Notes: a model not told the origin generated them from the sequence alone. A stretch of 64,000 nt of DNA from Plasmodiophora brassicae (GCA_036867785.1 CP145420.1:496001-560000), one strand, 5' to 3'; counted from the stretch's first letter, positions 26,366-38,115 are shown. Translations and numbers: made by a program.

Positions 26366-29260
26366 ATGCAGAGTGCCGGCCGTCGACCTTCTCCGGTTCT
26401 ACCAACCCTGGCGGAAGGCGAAGACGAGACAAATGACAAACCCAACGCAGATCCGCCCGGACAGCCGCAATCGGATCAGCTGCCGCTAATGACGTCCGCT
26501 CCAAAGCTGACGCGGCCGTTAAGCTTCCTGGAACGTCAACAGAGCGACCTGCAACAGCGCCACCACCGCCGTCGAATGCTAGCGAATGGGGCCGAATCCG
26601 TCGTCCACAAGCCGGCCCCGGCGATACCGACGGGCCCATTCGTCAGAACGTCCCGCGCCGTTCCCGTATCGGTTCGGGACCTGACCCATCTATCGGACAT
26701 CGCCGGCGAGGCCGCCGACCGCGAGACCTGGACGTCCTGGCGCACGCCGGCGCTTCGCCAGCGCCGCCTCGACAAAGGCATGTCGTCCGCGTTCTTCACG
26801 CACCTCGAACAGGTCCCCCAGGCCGGCCACGATCGTTCTGCGCCGATCACTGCCTACGTCGACGCCTGCCGCAGGGTCATGGTCCCGGTCCGCCCCATCG
26901 TCATCAACGACCAGGGCGCGGACCTGTGCGCCCGCGCCATGGAGCTGATCGACGGCCACGCCGTCGCCGTCAGATGCGCGCTGGAGGCCAGCGGCGCCAC
27001 GTCCGTCGACCTGGCTGACAACTGCATCGGGCCGGTCGGCACGGAGGTCCTGCTGTCGGCCCCGCAGCTGCGCAAAGTCGTCCTGTCCGGGAACCGGCTC
27101 GGCCGGCACGGCGCAGTTGTCTGCGCGCAGTTCCTCGTCCTGCACCAGCGCTGCCAGCTCATGCAGCTCGATATCGCCGGCAACGCCGTCGGCGCTTACG
27201 GCGCCCAGCTCGTTGTCGACGCCATGCTGACGAACCGGACGCTCACGTCGCTGAACGTCGCCAGGAATGCGGTCGGCGATGACGGCGCGCGACACATCGG
27301 TCGACTGCTGAACGACGCGATGTCGACGCTGCGGAACCTGGACATCAGCGGGAACGGCATCACAGAGGACGGGTTCGCGTATGTTGCGACCGGCCTGGAA
27401 AGGAATCGCCGTTTATGCACATTGATTGCGTCGGGGAATTCGCTGATGAAGACGGGCGTGCTGCTGGCCAGCGTCCTGGAACGGCACCCGGCGATGCGGC
27501 GGGTCGACATTGGCAACTGCGACGTCGGCGTCGATTCGGGCATGGTCCTTACCAGGGCTCTGCGTCTGAACCCGCGCATCGAGGAGATCGTCCTGAACGG
27601 GAACCCGCTGGGGACATCAGCCCGGGCCATCGTCTGGTGCCTGGTGACAACGTCGGCCGCAAGCCGCGTCCAGCGCCACCTGCACTTATCCAACTGCACT
27701 ACGGTCGAGGAGGATGCTGACGACCCGTTCCTGTTCGACCCGAGGTCGCCGGGTGGGCCTCGGGTCCTCGACATGGCGTCGCCATTCCATCAAGCCGTTG
27801 CCACCGAGGTGCTGGCCATGGCGACGCTGCCGGGGATCACATCGCTGACGAACGTGTCGATCGGGATGCGGGACGCGCCCGGTGTCCTCGACGTGCGCCG
27901 ACCGGACCCCTGGGCGACGCTGCCCGCCAGGGGCGTCGTCCAGTTCGACTTCATGTGGTACCCGCGGCCGACGCAGCTGGCCGATGCCCTCAGCGACAGC
28001 GAATTCGGGTCGGTGATGCGTCTGCTGTCCGACCCGCTGCTCGTCACCGATATCGACCGGCTTCGCCTGTTCGAGTCGTCCTGCTCCAGCCTCACGTACC
28101 GCGACACGCAGATCCGCGACGTCCTGTCATTGTTCACCCCCGGCAGCCCTGAGCGAATCGTCGCCGCCGCTCACCTCCTGATCTCCTCCGTGCGCACGTC
28201 GCCCGGCGACCCGCTGGCGTCGCTGTTCGCCCCGAACGACCGCGTCCTGGTCGACCGGGCCACGCACCTGTTCAGCAGGACGAACCCGACCGGGCACTAC
28301 CGGCTGAACCTGTCGTCGGCCGTCGACCGGCACATCGCCCAGGTCCTGGTCGACGTCAGCGGGTGGCACGCGCTGCAGTCGCGGAACGGGGCCCCGGGCC
28401 TGTCCCAGAGCTGCAACGGGCACCTGTGGCGCAACGAAACGCTCGACGGCGCCCCCTTCGTGTTCGCCCCGCCCATGCGCCTGCCGCCGCGCGGCATCCT
28501 CGACCTGGACTTTGTGCTGCGGTCGACGGACGTGTCGGCGGCGGCGTCGGTGCCGGCGCTGGCGCACGACTTTGTCGACCTGCTGCAGACGCTCAACGGG
28601 TACCTGGACGACGAGGACGGCGGCGTCGTTCAGGAGGTGCAGCACCGTGTGGTGGACTGGGTCGACTTCGAGCCCGTGTCGATCCCGGCGATCTCGAACG
28701 TGGAGCGCGCCCTGGGCGCGCTGCGCCGCCTGTGCTCGACCGATCTGCTGCTCGCCGAGCAGGCGGCGGTCGTGCTGCGGTGCTTCAGGACGATGCCGGG
28801 GCGGGTCGACGCGTTCGTCTGCATGTACGGGAGGATCATCGGCGACCAGGCCGTCCGGCACCTGTTCCAGAGCATGTTCGACGCGTCGTCCCAGATCACG
28901 TTAATGTCGCGCCTGGGCCCGCTGGCGCTCTGGAGCCCGTTCGTCCCCGTCCCGTCGTACAGCGTCGAGCTAAGGCACGCGGACGCGCGCCTCCTCGTCG
29001 GGCACATCCTGCGGATGGTCCTGGTCGAGCGGCGCCTGCAGGTCAGGAACGCGGTCCTGGACGGCCGCCCGATCAACATCCCGGCGGTCTGGATCGCGCA
29101 GATGCCCGATCGGGGCACGCTCCGGTTCGACCTGGCCGTCGCCGAACCGAACCTCGCCGTTCGCCAGCGCATCGCCAGGAGCGTCCTCGGGTGGGACCCG
29201 GGCGTTATCCAGGCCGCCATAGACGCCATGGGCAGCACGACCCTCCATAGCCACGTATAA
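26366..29260 (+). CDS. RNI-like leucine-rich repeat protein with three C-terminal repeat modules
   Basis: 964-aa intronless ORF with LxxLxLxxNxxGxxGA repeats (LTSLNVARNAVGDDGA, LRNLDISGNGITEDG). Confidence 0.85.
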   Translation: MQSAGRRPSPVLPTLAEGEDETNDKPNADPPGQPQSDQLPLMTSAPKLTRPLSFLERQQSDLQQRHHRRRMLANGAESVVHKPAPAIPTGPFVRTSRAVPVSVRDLTHLSDIAGEAADRETWTSWRTPALRQRRLDKGMSSAFFTHLEQVPQAGHDRSAPITAYVDACRRVMVPVRPIVINDQGADLCARAMELIDGHAVAVRCALEASGATSVDLADNCIGPVGTEVLLSAPQLRKVVLSGNRLGRHGAVVCAQFLVLHQRCQLMQLDIAGNAVGAYGAQLVVDAMLTNRTLTSLNVARNAVGDDGARHIGRLLNDAMSTLRNLDISGNGITEDGFAYVATGLERNRRLCTLIASGNSLMKTGVLLASVLERHPAMRRVDIGNCDVGVDSGMVLTRALRLNPRIEEIVLNGNPLGTSARAIVWCLVTTSAASRVQRHLHLSNCTTVEEDADDPFLFDPRSPGGPRVLDMASPFHQAVATEVLAMATLPGITSLTNVSIGMRDAPGVLDVRRPDPWATLPARGVVQFDFMWYPRPTQLADALSDSEFGSVMRLLSDPLLVTDIDRLRLFESSCSSLTYRDTQIRDVLSLFTPGSPERIVAAAHLLISSVRTSPGDPLASLFAPNDRVLVDRATHLFSRTNPTGHYRLNLSSAVDRHIAQVLVDVSGWHALQSRNGAPGLSQSCNGHLWRNETLDGAPFVFAPPMRLPPRGILDLDFVLRSTDVSAAASVPALAHDFVDLLQTLNGYLDDEDGGVVQEVQHRVVDWVDFEPVSIPAISNVERALGALRRLCSTDLLLAEQAAVVLRCFRTMPGRVDAFVCMYGRIIGDQAVRHLFQSMFDASSQITLMSRLGPLALWSPFVPVPSYSVELRHADARLLVGHILRMVLVERRLQVRNAVLDGRPINIPAVWIAQMPDRGTLRFDLAVAEPNLAVRQRIARSVLGWDPGVIQAAIDAMGSTTLHSHV

Positions 29261-29280
29261 ACACGGAACCGTGTAGGACG

Positions 29281-32200
29281 TTAGGTGTCAGAGGCTGTCG
29301 TGAACGGCTTCCGAGCGGCACCCGTCCTTGGTTTGGCCGGCGGACGCGTCTTTGGCTTGTCGGCCGTCTGTTTGCGTCGCGCCAGGCGTCGGCGTTGCTG
29401 TTTGGCGGCGTCGGCACCGTTGTGGAACGCGGTGACCTCCAGGGCGGCTCTCGAGACGAACGCTTGGTCGGACGATACGAGGTCGTGGATCGTCCTGCAG
29501 AACTCCTGCCCCATCGTCTAGAGGGCGTGCGTCCATCAGAACAACGTCACGTGCGACGCTGGCAACCGATCCGTTACTTCGTAATGGGTCGGGTTGTACA
29601 GCAATCCTTTCAGCGGGCCGAACGAACTTCCGCTGAACTGTGCGCCCCAGTTATCAGCACCGACCGTCAGCGCGTTTGCTCAGCGACCAGACGTACTGTC
29701 GCCTCCAGCGTGAAGCAGAACGTCAGCGGGAGCTCGCGCCACAGAACCACCTGGTCAAAAGGCGTCGGCCGGCCGCCCACAGCAATCACCCCAGACAGCG
29801 AACCTTACCCGTGCGGTGCCGGCTCGTGATTTCTGCACGCTGAAACAGCATTGCTCCATGCTGAACAGGCTGTAGGCGCGGCGCGCCACCATGGTCGGGA
29901 AGATGCGCTCCTTGTTGGGGAAGTCGGCGCCGACCGTCGCCAGCCAGGAGGGTCGGGTCGCCGCGGGCCCTGCGCGCTCCTCCATCGGGCGGGTCGACGG
30001 CGCACAGTCGTCCTCGTCGTTGCCGTACATCATGAAGTTGGACGTGATGCTGTGCCCGTGGAAGTCGCAGAACAGGAGCAGCGTGCGCGTACGCGCCAGC
30101 CCCTGGATCATTCGTTTCGCGTGGTACACCACGGGGCTCGTCGACTCCCGCGGGTTCATCCACTGCCGGTTCTGGTCGTGGCCCGACAGCGAGCACCGGT
30201 AGTTGCCCTCGATGACGCCGTCCGGGTTCAGCATCGGGATCAGCTTGAAGACGACGCTGTCCCGGAGCAGGATCGCCGTGTCGGACGATCCTGTCAGGAA
30301 CTCCAGGGCGCCCTTCATCACCCAGGACGCGTTCGTCTCCCCCGGGTGGATGCGCGCCGTCAGCACGACGACGGGACGCTGCTCGATCGACGCCTGGCTC
30401 GACTTGAAGTTCGTTATCGTCAGAACTGGGGCCACCGACGTCAGCAGCGAAGCGAAGGGCGCACCGTCAGCAGCAGGCGCGCTTACGATCGACAGCGTTG
30501 CCGCCGCGCGAGTAACACAGAACCTGGCGCCGAAGGAACGCGCTATGGGCGGTGCTCGACTCCAGCGACGCCAGGCACGCCCGCTGGAACGAGAACGTGA
30601 ACGGGTAGCAGTGCGCCAGGAACACGGTGTCGTTGTCGTACGGGAACGTCATCGTGAACGTCAACGTGAAGTGGTACTCGTGCTCCAGGGCGTCGTCCTC
30701 TGTCGCCGTCCACTTCTTCGCCTTGCGCTTCAGCAGGTGGGCGTGCGGCTTCTGCAGATAGTTCTGGAAGTAGGCGATGTCGGTGGCGGTCTGGACGCGC
30801 GCCCACGACCGCCCCTGCAGGTCGAAGGCCTGCTGCGAGAACATCACCGGGCGCATGCCCCGGTTGAACGCGCTGTCCGGTTTCTCCAGGTTGACAATGT
30901 TGAACTTGTACGGCGCGTTCGCCCGCGTGTCCTGCACCCGGAACAGGAACCACTGGGTGCGCCCCACCGCGTTGATGTCCGACGACAGGATCAGGTCGTA
31001 CTCTGTCTCCCCGGTCCGAATCGCTCGGAACAGGTTCCCTGTCACCAGCAGCTGGTCATCGGCGGCGCTCGTCAGCCATGCGTCACTGCCGCCGACCGGA
31101 TTCGAATCTGGACTCGAAAGTTAGCGATGGCGTCTCGTATGGCGACGGGTCCGTCTGCTGGACCAGGAACGACGGGGCATCGTCCTGGTCAGTCGCGTCC
31201 GCCGCAGGCGCTCCTGGCCCATCATCTGGAATGGCGTTCGTGTCGTTCGCGTTGTAGGTCGTCTTGGGCGAGGAGCTGGACGCGGGCACCTGCAGGAATG
31301 CCCCATCGTGGAAACTTCGATCGTAGACGACCCGCATCTGGGGGCAGGTCAGCAGACGAACGACACGCATCGTGACGCGCCGTTGGCCTACAGGGGACGC
31401 GTTGGCGACCCGGAACCGGTTCGTCGATGCGTTCATGGTGGTCAGCACCATGGACGGTGGGGCGACGTGCTGCTGCTCGATGGCGGTCGTGTCGATGCCC
31501 GGGCGCCCGTTCGCCTTCGCCATGACCAGGCAGTCCGGGCACGCCAGCATGCGCCGAACGCTCTTGGGCGCGTCGGCCGCTCGCAACTCGACGGCCGCCC
31601 TGCCCGCCCCCCATGGTCGTCAGGCGCGTCCACCCGGCAGGGCACGCACGACCGATACCTGTTGAAGAACGCGATGCTGGCCGGGTCGCGAGGATCCCAC
31701 AGCTCGGGCGAGAAGTGCACCGGGTCGAAGTCGGCGTCGATCGGCGACGAACCGGGTGCCGGGTCAGCGCCTGCCGCCTCGCCGGCCCGGTCGTCGTCGT
31801 CCACGTCCGAACAGCTGTCGTCGGACGCGTACCCGTCGTCCACGTCGGGCGCGTCGTCGTTCGGGAACTTGAGCGGCAGGAAGTTGCTCTTCAGGTTGTA
31901 GATGGAGTCGGGGGCGGCCGCGCCGTGGTGGCGCTGGAGGTGCCACAGGACCAGGCAGGCGAGGCGGACGGCGGCGGGCTTCATCAGGTGGTGGTCGATC
32001 AGCGCCAGGATGGCGTCGAACCCGCCGCTGTCCTGGATGACGCGGGCGCCGTCCTCCACGCTGGCCACGTTCCTCAGCATGCGCATCAGGACGACGAACG
32101 TCTTGTACACGAACTTGTACTGGGCCAGGGCGTCGTAGATGAACTGGACGAACCCGTTGTCGAGGACCTTGCCGATCGCCAGCCGGCTGGCGCACAGGCG

Positions 32201-33029
32201 TTCCAGCAGGGCGAGCGCTGAGGAGAAGACGCGCGCGTTCGCCAGGTGCCGACGCGACGCCTGCACGACGAGGTCGATGCCGCGAACCTTGGCGATGACG
32301 GCCGTGCTTGCAGGCGACCGCTTCACCATCAGCGCCAGGAAGTCCAGCGACAGACGCGTCAGCTTCTGGTCGCTGTCGAACGACGTCTGCCCCAGCAGCT
32401 CTACGACGCTGACCAGCCCGCCTGTACAACGACGATGAACGCCCGGGGGGAGCGATCGACGGGGGCGCTCGCCGACCTTGAAGCCGGACCATAACGGCGG
32501 CACGCTTGTCCACCGAGCAGACGTCGATGAGGACGCGCACACAGTTGACGTTGATGGTCGGGTGCCTCGGGTGGCACTTCATGGCGAACATCACCGACGA
32601 CAGGACGCCGGATCCGTACCCGGCCATGGCGAACTCTTTCCGGGACCCGGTCTACAGCAACACGGCGGGCGCCGACGTCAGACGGGCGCTGCCCTGCGAT
32701 GTGGGTGGGGGGCGCACACGGTCCCGACCATCGTGCTGGCCGCTTGCGTCAGCGCCTCGGTGATGTCGACGTGCCCGGGGAACCTGGGCAGGCAGGTCAC
32801 GATGGCGTCCAGGCAGTCGCCCACCACGACTTGCGATCGCGTGTTCTGTAGAACTAGGCAGGGAGGTAGGGCGAACCGTCAGCGGGGGGCAGGGACCGCA
32901 CCCGGCGCCGATTGTACCGATAGCGGAGGCGAACGCCTTGAGCGCCTGGGCCGCTGCCAGGACGGCGTCCGGTTCGGTCGCGCTGCGCAACCTGGCCAGC
33001 ATGTCGGCACGATCCGACGTGAGCGCCAT
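29281..33029 (-). CDS. AGTPBP1: Cytosolic carboxypeptidase 1/Nna1 (M14D tubulin deglutamylase) with N-terminal ARM-like region
   Basis: FESRFESGNL, QWFLF, HCYPFTFS, zinc motif ARIHPGE, PMLNPDGV..GNYR, NRQW, DFHGHS, FTLEA. Helical-repeat N-terminus. Confidence 0.88.
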
Positions 33030-33249
33030 TGCAACAAGCGCTGTCGTCGGCGTGGGTGTTGCTGACCACGTTCGGTAACGTTTGGGCGGGGAGGTCCCGC
33101 CTCCCCGCCCAGCAATATGTAGGTAGATGGGGCGGGGGGTCCTGTCCACAATTGGTCGGCCGATGCCGTCCACCCGATGAAGCGGCCGATTACGACGTCC
33201 GGGGTACCTACGCCGGCGCCATTTCGATAATCGTGTGTGAGGGTACGTC

Positions 33250-33651
33250 ATGATGAAGATTGCCGCTGCGGTTGCAGGCGTCCTGTTCGCGCATTGCAGC
33301 GCTCAAATGTTGTCGACGAGCGATTCGTCACCGGCAGCGGGGTCCCCCTTCAACGCGACAACGCCCACCATGGTACCGACGACAGGAAGCACGACACCAC
33401 TGGACGCCAGCACGTCTGGATCGGGGCACTCGGCCCATGACCCTAGTTCGACGAATTCAACAGGTACCCATGGTTTGGCAAGCCCTGGCGGAACCAGTCC
33501 GGGCGCGACGGCCCCTGAGGGCGCCAATTCGACCTCGGCAACGACGCCGACCGGGGCGAACAACAAGCCCGCGGTCGTGTCTGGCGCGTCGCCTGCTGCT
33601 GGCGTCGTCCACACTGCGTTTGCCATCGCGTTCCTCATCGTTGCCTGCTGA
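33250..33651 (+). CDS. Small Ser/Thr/Pro-rich secreted, probably GPI-anchored surface protein
   Basis: Signal peptide MMKIAAAVAGVLFAHCSA, mucin-like core, SGA omega-like site and hydrophobic tail FAIAFLIVAC. Confidence 0.8.
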   Translation: MMKIAAAVAGVLFAHCSAQMLSTSDSSPAAGSPFNATTPTMVPTTGSTTPLDASTSGSGHSAHDPSSTNSTGTHGLASPGGTSPGATAPEGANSTSATTPTGANNKPAVVSGASPAAGVVHTAFAIAFLIVAC

Positions 33652-33799
33652 CGCTGCAACGTACTACTACTACAGCAGTCGTGTGCAGCTAGGAACGATT
33701 CGTGCGACTGCCGTTCAATGGACTGGATCAGTGGCCGCCCCCGTTCGGTGCGCGCGTGCAGCCACGGAGATCCCCGCCACTGACGCACCGTCGCGCCGC

Positions 33800-35122
33800 A
33801 TGTCTTCTGTGGAGCTGACGGTGCCCGACGACCGCCAGCTAGTGGCCGTCGAGGTCCCCGGCCGGGTCGACAATGTCGGCAACGCGGTCCAGGCGCTCGG
33901 CGGGATGGACGCGATCGCCGAGGCGTTCAGCGGCGCGGGCCCCGGGTTGACGCTCGCGTTGCGCCCGGACGACCCGTACGAGATCCGCCTGGACGGGGCC
34001 GTGCACGACTCGACAACGCTGCTCCTGGCCGTTCGCCGCAATGCCCCACCCGTGGTGGTCGGTCGCGTCAGGCGACAAATTCGATTTGACGGCCTGGCGG
34101 ATTTCCAGGTCGTTGACGACGGGTCGCAGGACCTTGCCCCGCCCATTGCGTTCTCGCACGTCGTCGCGCCACGTGAGTACCGCTTCCTGGATCAGTCGAC
34201 CGCGACGCAGGAGAAGCGCATCAAGTCGCGCCTGGAGGACCACTTCAAGCGGTTCTCCAGGTTCGCGCTGCTCCCGTTCGAATCGGCCGCCGTCCCGTCT
34301 GCGCCCGAGGCGGGTTCGTTCTCCGCGTCCGACAAGGCCCTGTCGCACCCGGTGACGACCCTGCTGAAGCAGGAGTTCGAGTCGCGCCCCGTCATCTCCA
34401 AGCGCCGCCTGCTGTACACGATGCAGCAGCTGAACCAGGACCGGCGCAGCGTCCTGCGATACGTCCACAGCGTGGCGTACCGGTTCTCGGGTGGGCCCTG
34501 GCGAGGCCTGTGGTGCCGATACGGGTACGACCCACGACGCGACCCGTCCAGCCTGCCCTATCAGTGCATCGACGTCCGGATCCGCGACGACCTGCTGCTG
34601 ATGGAGGCGGCGAACCGGACCGAGCCGATCGCCGACGACGACGAGGAGGCGGTGCCCGCCCCGGCCCCCGGTACGAAGCGGAGGAAGCGCGTGTTCAACG
34701 GGCTGAACCCGTCGCATCCCGACGTGAAGCTCGTCGTGCTGCCGACCGATATCGACTTCAGCGCGCCGCCCCGCCGCGTGTTCTCGCTCTACCAGCTGTG
34801 CGATCTGAGCGGCCCCGAATTGCAATCGGTCGTCCTGCGCATGCGCCCGACGGCCATGTGCACGAAGCGGCACGGCTGGGCGAACCCGGCCGACATTGCC
34901 GACCTGCGCGCGGCCATGCGATCCCGTATCGACGCCTGGACGAGGCTCGCCGCCCAGCGGGCGCAGTCGTCGTCGGCGTCCTGGCAGAAGCTGTTGCACG
35001 ACGCCGCTGGGGCGGCCGCCGCCGCCCACGCCGACGACGACTTCCCGGCCGACCACGACGGGCTCGAGCTCGACGATTCCGAGGAGGCGACCTCGCCAGA
35101 CGAATTCGAGGTGTACGACTAG
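33800..35122 (+). CDS. GTF3C5: RNA polymerase III factor TFIIIC subunit tau95/Sfc1
   Basis: VAVEVPGRV..AVQALGG, FDGLADFQ, FESRPV, AYRFSGGPWRGLWCRYGYDPR, YQLCDL, and an acidic C-tail. Confidence 0.9.
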   Translation: MSSVELTVPDDRQLVAVEVPGRVDNVGNAVQALGGMDAIAEAFSGAGPGLTLALRPDDPYEIRLDGAVHDSTTLLLAVRRNAPPVVVGRVRRQIRFDGLADFQVVDDGSQDLAPPIAFSHVVAPREYRFLDQSTATQEKRIKSRLEDHFKRFSRFALLPFESAAVPSAPEAGSFSASDKALSHPVTTLLKQEFESRPVISKRRLLYTMQQLNQDRRSVLRYVHSVAYRFSGGPWRGLWCRYGYDPRRDPSSLPYQCIDVRIRDDLLLMEAANRTEPIADDDEEAVPAPAPGTKRRKRVFNGLNPSHPDVKLVVLPTDIDFSAPPRRVFSLYQLCDLSGPELQSVVLRMRPTAMCTKRHGWANPADIADLRAAMRSRIDAWTRLAAQRAQSSSASWQKLLHDAAGAAAAAHADDDFPADHDGLELDDSEEATSPDEFEVYD

Positions 35123-35194
35123 CAGCTAATATAATCATCACGTTTCAGGAGGAGCAGGCCGGGGTGTGGAGGATGGCGACAGTGGCTGTGTAGG

Positions 35195-36248
35195 TCAATA
35201 GCGCTGTGGGGGCGGCGGGCCGCCCATGTACCCTCCACGAGGCGGGCCCCGGGCCGCCGGGCGTCCAGCGGCGCCCATCCGCTGGCGAAGAACGGCGACC
35301 TGCTGTTGCATCTCGGGCGACAGCGTCGCCAGCTGCTCCGGGGACATCGTCATGATCGTCTAGGGACACAATGAGACGCGGGGCAGCAGCGATGAGCGTC
35401 CGACCGCGACGACCTGGAGCAGCTGCGCCTTCTGCGGCGGGAGCGATGGCATCGGTCGGCGCTGGCGCACGGGGGGCGGCGGTCCCCCGTGGAACGCAGG
35501 CGGCTGCCGACGTGGATCGAACGCTGGCGGCGCTTGCTGAGGAGGCAGCGGGCCCATGTCGTACTGCCCGCGAGGGGGCAGCGGCCCGGGCGGGAACTGC
35601 CACGTGTGTCAGCAGATGACAGTCGGGGAAACGGTGAACGAGGTCTACCTCGGCAGGTGGGGCGATGGGCGGTACAGTGACCGCACTGAGGCTCTGGATG
35701 TCCTCAGGTTTGACGGCGTCGAATATGACGAGGATTCGCAGCATGGCCTGCGCCAGCTGCTGGTTCTCGTGCAGCAGCCGACGGGCGCCATCCGGGTCGC
35801 TGGCGATCAGCTGCTTCATCTGCGATAGGACCTCACACTGCTGCTCATTGGACAGGCTGTCGACAACGGCCCCGATGGCGTCGACTCCCATGCGCTCTTT
35901 CGCGACAGACGGAGGCGCACCTGCCGGCCCGCCGGCGGCCGGCGCTGGCGTACCTTGCATGCCCCTGCCAAAGTGGCTGCCCGCCTGGTCATCATCCGCC
36001 GTATCGACGCGAAGCGGGCGCCCATGGAAGTTGATGCCGTTCAGGTTCCGGATGGCACTTCGGGCCGTCTCCGCGTCCTTGTACTCGCAGAACCCGAACC
36101 CCTTCGGCTTGCCCGTCTCGCGGTCGTTGACCAGCCGGAAGCTGACAACGGTACCGACCTCCGAGAACTGCTCCGCGAGCTGCTGCTCTGTGCCGTCGTA
36201 CGGGATGTTCCCGACGAAGACGACCCGCGAGTCGTCGCGCGACGCCAT
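35195..36248 (-). CDS. CSTF2: Cleavage stimulation factor 64 kDa subunit (CstF64/Rna15)
   Basis: [33 protein letters not shown], hinge EVLSQMK..ARRLL, spliced C-terminal [21 protein letters not shown]. Confidence 0.92.
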
Positions 36249-36365
36249 CGACGACCACCACGGACTGAATACTCCGCAGCTGCACACTTCCCGTGACGAG
36301 CACCAACATAGCCGCAACCTGAAGCGCCACATGTGCCATTTATCATCACCATCGTTCGCTGCTGA

Positions 36366-37292
36366 TCATTTACGCCTGCGATCGTCGTCGTCGTCGTCAT
36401 CGGCGTCATCGTCGTGGTCATCGTCATCGTCGTCGCCGTCGTCGTCGCGGTGGTGTTTCCGGCGCACCTGGATCCACTCCGTCTTGTCATGGTGGTGCTT
36501 GTGCTTCTTCTTTGGCGGTTTGTCGGCCGCTGCCGGGGAGGCGGGTGGCGGCACGGCCGGAGGCATCATGCCGAGATTGAGCGCGATGACGGGTTGCGGT
36601 GGGGACTGTGCGGGCACCGGCGACGACATAGCCGGCGCTGGTGTCGGAGCAGGCGTCGGAGCCGGTGTTGGGGCGGGTGTCGGCGCCGGTGTTGGAGCCG
36701 GTGTCGGTGCCGGCGTCGGGGCAGGCATCGGGGCAGGCATCGGGGCAGGCATCGGGGCATGCATCGGGGCAGGCATCGGGGCAGGTGTCGGCGCCGGTGC
36801 TGGAGGCGCTGATGTACTCGGTGGCACTCTGTTGACGTTCATCATGCCGTTGTCGAGGAAGGCTCCGTTGCCGGCACCACCGGCAGTCCCATTCGACGAC
36901 ATTGTCGCCGCTGTGCTGTCATCCGGCGTGCAGGTCACCACAACGACCAGCCGTTTCGAAACGCTCGGGCACGGGTCGCCAAGCAGACTGGCGCTAGGTA
37001 CCATCGTGCACCCGTTCTTGCCGACGCACGCCTGGGAAGCCATGCTGGTAGCTTGGGGCGCATTGCAGGACCCCAACGTGTAGTTGCCGGGCGCATGACG
37101 AACCGGATTGCCATAGGACGCGAATAGGACATCGGTGATGGTGAACCCCGCCTCACAGTTCAGGCTCAGGACGTAGTTCTCGGGAGCGGCCGCAACGTGC
37201 GTGTGGGCCACCGTGGTGGGCGCGTGCGACGCCGTGTTGTCCGACTGACCGGCGGCAAACCCGACGAGGGCCGCGACAACAACGACAAGCAT
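36366..37292 (-). CDS. Secreted SUEL (galactose/rhamnose-binding) lectin with Pro-rich stalk and His/Asp-rich tail
   Basis: Signal peptide; [43 protein letters not shown]. Confidence 0.85.
   Translation of the reverse strand: MLVVVVAALVGFAAGQSDNTASHAPTTVAHTHVAAAPENYVLSLNCEAGFTITDVLFASYGNPVRHAPGNYTLGSCNAPQATSMASQACVGKNGCTMVPSASLLGDPCPSVSKRLVVVVTCTPDDSTAATMSSNGTAGGAGNGAFLDNGMMNVNRVPPSTSAPPAPAPTPAPMPAPMHAPMPAPMPAPMPAPTPAPTPAPTPAPTPAPTPAPTPAPTPAPAMSSPVPAQSPPQPVIALNLGMMPPAVPPPASPAAADKPPKKKHKHHHDKTEWIQVRRKHHRDDDGDDDDDDHDDDADDDDDDDRRRK
36632..36800 (-). repeat. 12-bp coding tandem repeat encoding (PAPM)n(PAPT)n
   Basis: Near-perfect GGGGCAGGCATC units at about 36718-36786 and degenerate GGTGTCGG/GGTGTTGG units on the + strand. 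Confidence 0.9.
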
Positions 37293-38115
37293 GGCTGTCG
37301 TTCGATTTCAGATTGACAGCGTCGTCGGCGTCGGCGGAAGCGTACGTTGCCGTCGTGACTCACGACCGCAACGACGTGACGTCACTATATGCGATCCACG
37401 AGCGGATCAGTGGACATCAGAGCGCCTGGTCCACAACGATGGGTACTCGGTCAGGGGCTCAGGGGCCAGCGCGCTATTGATAGCACGTGGGGGTGACGGA
37501 AATATCGAGCAGGCAAGTCAGGCGCGCGCCTACAGGCACCCACAGCCCGATAGGCCACGTCACCGGGCGACGTCGCCCGCTCCAACGTCGGGTGCTCGGA
37601 TCGAAGTCCGGGAGGGAGGTGGGCGCCAGTCATTCGGATTGGAGGCCGCTCGGCATCGCATCGTTCGTCCGATCATGCACCCATTCCGCACGAACTCCAA
37701 CCTCGACGAGGCGACGCATCGCGTTGAGGTATGGGCGGCGATCCAGGTTGACGCACGCCGCCATGGCCAAGTAACTCTGTCACCCAGTGGCCGCTAGTCG
37801 CATCCGTCTTCCAGCAACCGGTCGATCCCCACGTGCCAACCGCCACACGCCTGTTCGGTGATGCACAACGGCGACCCGCCAGTCGAGAGGACGTCCAGCT
37901 CGTGGAAGGGCACTGGGTTCCGTTCAACAACTCGCGCCTGGCAGCCGCGTCTGGACTCCATTCTGTACACGCAACCACGTTCGCCAAGATCGTTGTCTAA
38001 ATTATCATCCTGCCGCAGCACCACTATTCCCCGACGAATACAACGTGCATACCGAGTCCGTTCGTTGCTGCGCCAGTCCCTTCCCATATCAGTCGTCAGG
38101 TGTTTATAATCCAGC

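Noticed and set aside
33260-35122. 620-aa ORF as a single protein
   Set aside because: Its first 180 codons overlap the GPI-protein gene in another frame. Tau95 similarity starts at ATG 33800.
36632-36800. Possible CRISPR-like array
   Set aside because: Contiguous 12-bp coding repeats with no spacers, in a eukaryotic context without cas genes.
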